Program-made: the position numbers and the translations under genes
From: Marsupella aquatica
Lineage: Eukaryota; Plantae; Marchantiophyta
Assembly: GCA_973895155.1 (NCBI GenBank)
Contig: OZ316895.1
Coordinates: 2,095,659-2,159,658 of the forward strand
Direction of reading: 5' to 3'
Length of the DNA: 64,000 nucleotides
Notes under the pieces: model-generated
Seen by the model: the letters and a program-made list of their open reading frames with translations, nothing else
Told to the model about the DNA's origin: nothing
Database searches by the model: none
In this document: piece after piece, positions 53,968 to 64,000 of the stretch
Layout of the letters: each line of letters opens with the position of its first letter
Position numbering within the stretch: position 1 is the stretch's first letter

Positions 53968-54300
53968 CTACGGCTCACTCTTCGAATCCAACACCCGGCC
54001 GCTGTGTTCGGGAGAAGTCGGCAGGATTTGCTGCAATACCTTGATCACGTGAGTTGTGACTTCTCCGGGTTCAATTTCCACAGAGGACGGTTTCTCGGAG
54101 AGAGGATTGTCTGCTATTCGATTTCGGATAGCCTTGGCGGCCGCTTTCGCTCCAGCTTTCGCTCTCGCTTTTCTCTTTCGCCAGCAGCAAAAGACCGCAA
54201 TGATGATACCCAGCGTCGCAACCACTAGTACAATCACAGTTAAGATCATTCCGACCGCAGCCGCCACGTTCAGCCCCCTCACGTCAACTGCTACCGCCAT
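53968..54300 (-). CDS. Small single-pass membrane protein (110 aa), uncharacterised
   Basis: ATGG start. Long hydrophobic segment (AAAVGMILTVIVLVVATLGIIIAVF) followed by CCW and the basic cluster RKRKARAK, consistent with N-out/C-in topology. Confidence 0.55.
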   Translation of the reverse strand: MAVAVDVRGLNVAAAVGMILTVIVLVVATLGIIIAVFCCWRKRKARAKAGAKAAAKAIRNRIADNPLSEKPSSVEIEPGEVTTHVIKVLQQILPTSPEHSGRVLDSKSEP

Positions 54301-55360
54301 AGTGAATCACGTAATAACTGTTCAATTACTTCTTCTACAATGTTCTTTCTCTGTCTCTTGCAGGGTCGATGGAATAAATTAATGGACGCTCTGCACACCC
54401 GGTATGGATTGTGATAGAGCAGAAGCTCAGTTTTTCTTCGTTTCTTTGCTTTCACTTCACTATTCTTACGTTAATGGTCGAATTTCAATCTCAGAGTTCA
54501 TAACCTTCAGGAACTGCCGCATTCAGCCGACCTTCCCTTTCAAGTACTGTGTTGCGGTGAAGCGGCAGCCGCAGAATGACCGTGTCAGGAGAAGGACGAC
54601 CCTAGACAAGTCTTTCACATCCTACGATTCGAGTGAGTCAGCGGAACAAGTTGTTGAGCAATCAGTTATTCAGGCTTTGACATGTACGTTCGCCATCAGC
54701 TGTATCTCTCTCAGATTTTTTCCTCGTACGCGTCCACATGAAATCGGAAGAAGTCTGTCTGGACCGCCACGCTGAGTATTAAAGTAAGAACTAATTAAGC
54801 CTTCAACTGCCTTGCTTGTCATTATAATTTAACCCTATCTTTTTCTTTCCTTTTTGTCTTCGGTGTGAACAAACGCTCTCAATGTGCTACTGTACTGTCA
54901 TCGACGATATAGTTACCTAGCTGCTAGTTCGACTGCGAGTTCGATGCGAGTGTTTTCCGCACTTTCTGGATTTACGTTCACTAACTTCCTGAGGCTTGCG
55001 TCCGCATTACTGCAGTGCTCATCTTCGATTGCATACACCGGTAGATTTTCGTGCATGACTATTGGCGCCAATCTTGTATGCCGTGCCTAGAACGTTGGTG
55101 AGCCCCTGATTTCCCAAAGCTTGCCCTCACTGCTGAGGCAAGTGAGCAAAATAGCACCGACAGACACAGATTTTCGTGCCTACGGAGTCTCAATTTGCGT
55201 AGAAGAAGTCTCAGTTAGATTTAGGGAAGCGCGCAGACGATCTCAGATATGCTGCTTCCGTAAGGTACTTCAATGGCGGCACATGGCAGTAAATTTTGAT
55301 GGAATCTCAGCATGGCAGTCGTTCTTGCGCGATAGTTTAATGGCGACAGCGCTTTATGCC

Positions 55361-58300
55361 ATGGCAACAAATTTCGATGTAACATCCCAATCTGGCCTCA
55401 GGCACCTTGACGACTATCTACTTACTCGGTACTACATATCAGGGTATGTAAGTATATACTACACTCATGTTTCAAGCAATAACTTCTTTAGCAATGTATA
55501 TTTGACAAGCAATAACTTCTTTAGCAATGTATATTTGCTACGTACTGCTTTAAAGTTTCCGCGGAATTCTTGAGTAGGCTTGATTGACCTGACAGTCAAG
55601 ATCAATGTCGTCTATATAAGTCTGATCGAAGGGAATGAGCAGAAAGTCCAATCCTGCTCGGTAATCTTTCTCGATTATATGTCCTTGAGTCGGTCGTTTG
55701 ATTTCACTTCATAGATCATGCTTTTTGCCAAAATTTTACGTTTCGATCTTCTGCTTCTTCACTCGTTCCTGCTTTCTTTGATACTCTACTAGTAGATGTG
55801 ATGTGCTCCCCCTGCTACTCGCACTCATTATCTTTTTGGTAACCAGAAGACAGTCCGGCGCCTGCATCGAGACCCAAAGTAATCGCAAAAGTACACAGAT
55901 CACAAGGCAATCGGCAACAATATATTCAAACTAATAATGTCATAAACGATTTCTGGAGTCTGGCTTACAGAAGTCGAAGTCTGAAAGCGACTCCGTGAGA
56001 AATATCTGTAATTACCGAAAAAGTTCATGTCATCTACAGGACATATGGGTTGTCTTGATTCGCGTGCATGCTGCCTTTGGAGATCTTGGCTTTTGGCTAT
56101 CCGATCTCTACTGATGGCCCTCTTTCCTTCCACGTACTGCTTGCCTGATCGCCGGCTGCACCGATCCTATTAGGATAACATTGCCACATTAGCGATTGAC
56201 TAGCTCCTCTACGCAACGTACATCCATTTTATGTGAAGTAAGTCACGGACCGACCACCTGGATAGGGCGCAATGTTCCATCTTCGTCCGTGATGGAGAAG
56301 TGGGCCATTCTACGTAGAATTTCCAGCATCTTGATTATTAGCTTCTCTGTATTTTAACTTGGAGTCATCCATAATATCCTTCATCTCCCGAAGAACCCGC
56401 CGAAGAATCCATGCCGACAATCAATCAACTCTGATTCAATCCAGCCTGGCTGACATAAAGTGGTGATCAGCCAGTCTAAGCTCTCAACGTCTGGTTCCTA
56501 TAATAGATGGATGGAACGTCTTTTCCCCAGGATTTCGCTCTGTCCAGGGATCAGTTGAAAGTTAGGAATGGAACGACTGGTTAATTGACTCAACTATGCT
56601 CCAGACGCAGCTTCTTTCGGTCCTGTGTAAACTACGCTAACAATCGAGATGAATAAAATCGTAACTAATTAGTCAAGCTAGCGACAGTCGTACTCTGTAT
56701 TGTTTGCACAGTCGTGGTGCATGTTCTGATGGAAGGGTTTCTAGCGAAGCATGCAACAACCGCGATATATTCTACGCGATGGCATGATGTCAATTGATTA
56801 CGCCATTCACTTATCTGAACCGGCTACATGATCGGCATGGATTGCAGCCATCAACCGTCCCCCGACGACATACTTGTGCACGCTGCACTCGGTCATCCGC
56901 CCGGGCCAGATCTTGTGAATTTGCGGAGATGGTATACCCACATCCAGGCACTCTTAGATAACACGTACGTACACTCATCCATCTGTCTTTTTGTTCCTTT
57001 TACTTTCCGGATTCGCTCGCCATGGCACTGAGCAGGCCTGCCTTCCTTGATGGTCAACGTCCTAGTAATCTGTAGGAGCACAAACATCTTGAATTTTTCT
57101 GCTCATAGTCGAGGAATTGAATACTCATGTGCAAGCTAGCAACCTAAGTTAGACAAGAGCTTACCGAATGACATAAGTCGCTTAAAATGGACACTGACGG
57201 CCTCTGGCAAGCAGCATAATTTTTTTCGCATATAATTATCCACGAGTAGCCCCAAATTTTTAGAAGAGAATTTTGAAACATCCAAGAAAACGTCACTTTA
57301 TCGTAATTTAACCTAAGGTCGTGTCATTCACACAATGTAATCCATGTTACTCCAAGCACCAAATTTGGCTGAAGTTTGTAACAACAGTTACATATCAATG
57401 TCATGGATAGAGGAAATTGAACGTGCCAGGAATCCTCTATCAGATGAAATTGGATATTGAACGTGCCAGGAACCTTTTCTGTACTGTACCTCTATTGCCA
57501 CTGTACAGTTACGAACATCAGATAATTGCTTGAGATAAGGGCCCTTGTTTCATATCTAACAACATTTGCAAGTTTTATTTCATCTGGACGGTCAACCTTA
57601 CCTTAATTTATGTCGCTGCTGCGAATCCAAGTTGTAATCGTGCACAGTCTTGACTGCTGGACAACCCAAGTTGTAACTCAATCTTGAATTCAAACCGGAG
57701 CGCGCCCCCCCCCCCCCGCCCCCCCCCCCCTCGGTGGGTGATTCTAACTGCAACCCTTGATTCTCAGATTTCCTGGTCCTGCTCTTGGTGTGATTTTTAC
57801 TGTCGAATCGGATGTTGAGCAGCCACAAGTCGAACAGCCACAATTTGAACAGCCACTTGTAGAAGCCACAACAAGTGTGCAATCGTCCACAACTGGGTCT
57901 GAGACTTTGAACAATGCTGCAGGTGACAGGGTATGTCGTCACTGCACTTACTGTGATGCGATATCTCCAGATTGATGCTAAAAAGTGTTGTCGTTGAGAC
58001 CCGTGAACATCATTTGCTCCTGGAAATGTGACTGGGTAATTCCCAGCTCGTTCATATCGATCGAGAACTTCAGGATGAGATTCGGAATTCGGCTAATGTA
58101 TTAATTTTAGCTAAGTTTCTCAATTCCACAAATCCTAGCCTGTAATGTTCAAACGTTGTAGCACGAAAGGGCTCATACATACTGAGGGGGGCAATGTTAC
58201 CATTGACAGCGTCACTCCTACTACTTCCGAACTTATCTAGAGTCTCACTGGGTAACCCTCTTGAACTCAGGGGTATGTGGTCTGCACTGTTAAACAATGT

Positions 58301-59350
58301 GCTTGCATGGGCATATCTTTGAACGTGTCGTGACTTTGATTGTGGCAATCGATCTTATCAATGATCACTAATGTTGGGTAGCAGAAATAGATCGTCCACT
58401 CGTTGGTTCCGGGTGTGTAACAACTGGCCACTTGTACAAAACCTGCAGGCTGCTTCTCAAACTGAGGACCAAGGTAATTATGCAAATGGTGATCTTGATG
58501 GTTCCCGTGACGGGATACAAGACGAGTTGAATACAATAGCAGAGGATATCGAGGCTTCTCAAATTCAAGGAACAGAGAGAAGTGAGTAGTATTTGCTTTC
58601 TTAGACTGAGCTAATGATATTTGTTGGAGCTTGTCAAGAATACTTGCATTCGATCGAGCACGAGCGTGGACACAAGCAAGAGCCGAGGCTAGAGTTTGTC
58701 AAATTGGTTTGGTACTAATGTTTGTCAAATTGGTTTGTTACTTTGAAATAGCTGTCAGCGTGTGTTTCAAGCATTGTAGAAACTCCTGAAACTGACCTCA
58801 TATGCTCTTTGTCCAGGAAATAGGTCGTCGATTCTTTTGGACGTGAAACCCTGGGATGACGAAACTGACATGATCAAGCTTGAAGAGGTTGTGCGTGGAG
58901 TTCACATACCGGGCCTGCAGTGGGGCGAGTGTGAGCTTCAATTTCCTCAAACCTGAATTGATTCTCCCCCGAGACAGTTGTCTTCGTAGCAAGAGCTGAT
59001 GGCACATTTTCCTCTACAGAAGTCCCAACTGACAACTGTCTACCTGTTGTGCAGCAAAGTTAGTCCCAGTTGTCGGCCAAATAAATAAACTGCAGATCGT
59101 AATGATCATTGAGGATGACCTTGTGTCCCCCGACAAAGTGATAGAGGAGAACTTGACAGTTGAACCAGCAAATGAACACATCCAAAGCTGTGATATAGTG
59201 GCCTGGAATAAGCTCTGTAAGTCTTTTTTCTATTCTAGGCTAAGAAACTCAATTCTCGTAAATGCAAAGACTGGGATTGATTACTGCACTACTACACTGC
59301 CCAATTCAAAAACCAGTGAAAGATTTAACTCTCCCGAGTTGTAGTCAGAG
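55361..59350 (+). CDS. EF1B: Translation elongation factor eEF1B (beta/delta type), divergent paralog
   Basis: Exons 55361-55443 (alternative in-frame ATG at 55283), 56848-56964, 57768-57930, 58449-58581, 58817-58930, 59055-59216, and a probable split stop codon at 59349-59350. Motifs [58 protein letters not shown]. Confidence 0.88.
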
Positions 59351-61242
59351 TGTAATCAGTTCTGCCCTGTTCATGATATGCCAGCAGCAGCACTGTCTTC
59401 GTTGTGTTGATTCCTTCAGTTGGTTATTTCGTGTTCTGATCTCTTGTTGTCTTGAGATGCAGAGTATCTGTTGTTGAGCATATCATATCTTGGGTTGAAT
59501 ACCAAAATTCATTGAAAGTGCGACCAAAGAAATGAACTTTCCGAGCCAGTCCAAGGTCCCTATGACTTAGAGCATCCCCAACAAGCCTGTATACTAGAAC
59601 TCTGCAAGCGTTCTTCTCATTTTCAATAAGCTAATCTTATTTAGTTTATAATCCTATATAATATACAGCTAGTTACAATTTTGTAAAGTCTCTTTCTGTA
59701 TGTACTACCTGGTCCAAACTTGGTACATACTAGGGACAATTTTTTCATGGAGATTGAAGACGAAATCTTTTCCACAATCTGAGCATTTGAAGAAGTTTAT
59801 GTTTAGATGGACCACAAATTCTTACCGAGGAACTCCAAATAAACCAAACCAATTTTGACATCCAACGAGGTGACCGGAAATGCTTTTTTTGAGTAGAAAT
59901 AACCTCTCTCAGTGCAAGGCCTCTAAACAAAGGCAGCCCTGAATCTGAACTTATGTGCATAAATTGCAGTCGATCCATTCTCTATCCAAGGCTTTAAACT
60001 GGTGACCCTGACGTCAGTTTGGCGCTGCGACGTTTACATATGTATTCATGGGCTATTAGAAAATCAAACACAGATTGGAATTGTGTATTTAACTTTAGAT
60101 CCCTTATTTAAGAGATGATCACTTACTGTGTTGCACTTACAGAGGGTAGAGTGTATCTCAATGGCAACAAATTTTCCCACCGCCAAAGAACAAAAACAAA
60201 TCAACCATGCTGGAGACAATATTCCAAAAGGCAGGAGAGCCAATCAAGGGTAAAAAACAAGGGAAAATCCAAGGAAGACCAAAGAGCCAGAGAGTCGCTC
60301 ATAATGGCAAAAGAACTAGTGCGATGCTGGACGACATCATGCAAAGACTCGAAGTGACTCGTTTGTGCAAGGCGTTTTGCCAAAACAACTCCAGCAACGT
60401 GCATTGTCTTGGGAAAGAAATAAAATTGTTTCACTGCATGAGACCTGTAGAATGATGCTACAATACAAATATGTGTGAACTTAAATGCTATTGCAAGTTT
60501 GGTTGGAATTTGTTTTTCAAAGTTGAGCTGTTTAGAAACCCTCCTGAGAGCCAAACCGGGAAACAGGATCCCAAAGGCAATAAAAAGAACCCAATAAAGG
60601 GAAAAGGCAATAAAAAGAATCCAATAAAGGGAGGGAAGGGAAGGGAAAGACCCCAAGTGGACCAACGAGACCCAACAAATCAAGGAGTATCACACCAAAA
60701 ACAATACAAAGTAAGAAGCAAATGATGGGCAAAAGCGGTGACGAGTGGTCGGTCAGGCCTTCGCACTTTTTGCAGTGCAGCAAAGGTTATGGCCGAAGGT
60801 GATGAATTCTGTTCTCCCAATTGCTTCTCAACACTCTAGCCCCTCGAGCGGTCCTGCTTCTTCTCCACCGGCATTTGAGAAGGAACGGAGAGATTCGAAC
60901 GCAGGGGAATTGCTGATTTGAGAGAAAGCTAGGAGAAGGATTCGAATGCAGGTAAATTGGCTTGTCGGGCCCCTCTGCTCTGCTCTGCTCTGCTCTGCTC
61001 TGATGTTTGCTTCTTCTGGTCTTGTCTCCTTGAATTCTTTGCGATCGATTCGGCGAGATTCCCTTCTGTTTGTCTGCTCTTCAATCCTATCGTTGCTTTT
61101 GTTTCCCCTCTGATATGCTTCACGTCGCCAGTTTTGCCAGATTTCCTTTGCGCGTCAGAAGAGAGGCCTCCATCGCACTTCATCTTCTCTAATCGTGCTT
61201 CCTCGGCGTTTCCCGTCCTGAAGAGCACCAGTCGCTGTGAAA

Positions 61243-63010
61243 ATGGTGTCGTCCGCTTTCCTTGCTTTCGCAATGATGGTTTCCGTTGCTGTTGTAGCAC
61301 AGGTAGGTCTTAGGAGCAGAGAATTAGTCTCGAAGGTCCTCTGTGGTCGGTCAACGTGTCTTTTGCGCTGGTCAGGTTCTTAGAGGCCGCTATTGTGCAT
61401 GCTATGCAGTCTACGGCATTACCTTTTAGGCATCTTAATTCACATATTCCAAAGAATTGAATGGGTTTCTAGTCTAGTGCAGGCGAGCGTTATCTCTCCT
61501 TTGGTTGAGATTATAGGTTTTTCCAAGAGAGAGGCTTTGAAATACTGCAGAAAGAACACCTTGAGAGTGCCTACTGTAGTTTCTTGCCTGTGCTCGTTTT
61601 CATGGTGCTTTTATGAGTTTCACCATTTTTCTCCTTTGGGCTCGTTCGCTAACACATAGCTTTCTTGCTTCGATATGCTGTTTAACCACCCTGCAGTCGG
61701 CAGCACAAACAGGAGTTACCCCGCATCCAACAGGAGCTGTGTACATTGTCCATATGGAGAAATCGGACTCAAATTCCAAAGACCTTGAAGCTGGTCACCT
61801 GGAGACGCTCTCCTCTGTATTTGGTGGCAGGTACGTGATGACCTTTCTCCCATCGCAGGTGAATGACAGTTTAGGAGTTGGATTTCATAGTTGGAATGCA
61901 TGAAATTCTGACAAGAGTGGGTAGTGGCATTGGTGTTTTACATGCGTCCTCCGTTTGCTCGCTCGTCAGTTGCGTGACTTCCAGTTATGAAACCTTGCCA
62001 CTTTGTTGCTTGATTTAACCATAAAGCCTTTGTTGTCATTCCCTGTGTTATTAGGTCTCATGTAGGGGCAGTGCTAGTTCGGCATCCACTCTTGATTCCA
62101 GCACTGCTCTACGCTCTCTCTAAATTTACTAGTCTAAGTACCTGCATATATTGAGCAGGTGTTCTGTTGATTGCCCTCGGAGGGGATGGGAACTTTATGC
62201 GTTAGAAGAAGAGAGTTAGTTTTGATGTTTACATATGTATGGCCTATGGCAAGAAAACTAAGAATGACTGAGGTTCGCAGACTCGAGAACATGGGAAGAT
62301 TCAGTTGCAATACGTTTTCCTAGTCCAGTCGAATCATGGAATCGTTTTATTTATGTTTGCATTTTATTTATGTTTGCAGCCACGAGATGGCGAAGAAGTC
62401 GATTTTGTACAGCTACACGAACGCAATGAACGGATTCTCAGCAAAACTAACACCAGAGCAAGTTGCTGAGCTCTCAAGTGAGTCTTCGTTCACTAGAAAT
62501 TACCACTTCGCTAAACAGGCGGGAAGGATTGTGTTTCAATGTCCTCACATGCAGGTTTCAGTGATGGTCGCCTCTTCTTAGCCTCATGTCTGCCAGTGGA
62601 TTTTGTCTGCTGATTAATATATGTACTACCACAAGTTTTTGTTGTTCTCCATGTCTCAAGTTGTTCCCACGTTGCCATGCATGCTGGGACGCTGATGTTT
62701 GGGGGCAGACTGTCCCCTTAATACTTGCATGTTGGCTTCATGTCCTCACACTATCATCTAGGTTTCGAAATCTAGCGGACTGTGATTCTGCAATTGGAAC
62801 TTTTAATCATTCTGTTTTATGCTTGCATTTCTCGTTGTTTCTATTGAGGGCCATTATTGGCATCGAAGGGTTTAGGCAGCTGAGAAACCTTTGACTCAGG
62901 CATTTGCATTTCAAAATTTTGCAGAAAAACCTGGTGTTCTTTCAGTTCAACGACAAGGGGTGGCACACTTGCACCCGGCACAAACAACTGGGTTGCAAAA
63001 CGGGGTCTGA
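61243..63010 (+). CDS. Secreted stand-alone peptidase inhibitor I9 (subtilisin propeptide-like inhibitor, SPI-1-like), 4 exons
   Basis: Exons 61243-61302 (signal peptide), 61697-61830, 62380-62477, 62925-63010. Sequence VYIVHM..HLETLSSVFGGSHEMAKKSILYSYTNAMNGFSAKLTPEQVAELSKKPGVLSV..HLH..*, with the stop directly after the I9 domain. Confidence 0.85.
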
Positions 63011-63594
63011 ATAGATCTTTTGTTGACGTGATAGCAAGCTTTTTCCAAGTACTAGACCACAACATCATATGATCTAAAATGTTTTGACCTCTTTCATTCG
63101 TGTCAGTCAATGCTTTTATATGGGAGTGGACCTTTAATTCTAGTTATCAACAGAATGGTGTTGTTTAGAGCCTGAAGTACTAGGGACACAAACGATGAAG
63201 TTTCAATCGGTTGGAGTGGAGGCAATCGGACTGGTGCTGCAAGAACCTGGGTAGAAGCTCTCTTTAAAAATGAGCTGGTGGAGGCTGAGCAAGTATTGAT
63301 AGGGGGAAGTAGACTCTGCATGCTTTGTGGAGCATAGAACAGAGCAGATCAGTTACATGATGGATGGCTATTAATAAAGCTCAACAGAGCTACTGAACCC
63401 CATAGATGTAACCCATTGACGTAGTGAAACAATAAATGGCTCCTTCTAAACAGAGAAAAAGTTGATGCTCCTTTGAGCAGTAAGAAATTGTCTCTATAAG
63501 CTTCCAGTGAGATTTGTTTTTGGGAGAGAACTGAAAATGAATCGTACAATGATGGAAGATTCTATGCATAAGACGAAAGCATTTGTCATGCGAA

Positions 63595-63730
63595 TCCTAA
63601 AATCGTGAGGCTAAGACGAGGCCAAGAATTGAAACTACGTGCCATAGCTAGAAGAGGAAAGGGGAAAGATCAAGCCAAGCGGTTTCCAGCGGCAATTGTC
63701 TCATTCCAATACGAGCTTGAAATCCATCTC
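63595..63730 (+). pseudogene. Degenerate fragment resembling RNA polymerase II subunit RPB3
   Basis: [40 protein letters not shown] matches the recalled RPB3 segment [41 protein letters not shown], with conserved residues broken. No N-terminal part seen. Confidence 0.65.
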
Positions 63731-64000
63731 AGTACAGACTGCTACCGGTGCATTCGTGACTGTCCCCATGAACCATCTCACACACTGCATGACATGAAGT
63801 GGAGGAAGAAGCGTAACAGCAATTGACGCAGACATAGCTGCACAGCTCATCACCAATGCGGCCAGGGGAATCCAGCAGAACTTCATCTTCAACATTCATT
63901 TTAAGAGTCGAAATGGGGCGCAATCAGCGAAAACACGGCCTAGTTACTAGGTCTATCAGCTGCAAATTGCAGCTAAAATGCATCCATCGAAAGGCAGGGC

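Overview
Eukaryotic nuclear DNA with GT-AG introns, from a land plant. Gene and TE style suggest a bryophyte, possibly a liverwort (inference). Spliced genes read by hand: 3' end of a PLD3-type phospholipase D, a GPI-anchored nsLTP, a predicted plastid membrane protein, QCR9, a peroxisomal glutamate:glyoxylate/alanine aminotransferase (GGAT, ends -SRL), long-form tRNase Z, a divergent eEF1B and a stand-alone subtilase I9 propeptide inhibitor. There are also two orphan intronless ORFs and an RPB3-like fragment. Mobile DNA: a very young full-length Bianca-type Ty1/copia (identical 130-bp LTRs, half-tRNA-Ile PBS, one stop in RT), an internally deleted copia that keeps only RT-RNase H, a related old LTR, two non-autonomous Helitron-like elements, and a MITE-like family whose end has amplified into a ~98-bp satellite at the QCR9 promoter. 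Most notable: (1) GGAT and tRNase Z share a duplicated ~1.05-kb 5' leader exon plus first intron; (2) a layered MITE -> satellite -> Helitron structure in which both Helitrons sit in near-identical target motifs. No CRISPR, rRNA or tRNA genes were seen. All alignments were done by eye.
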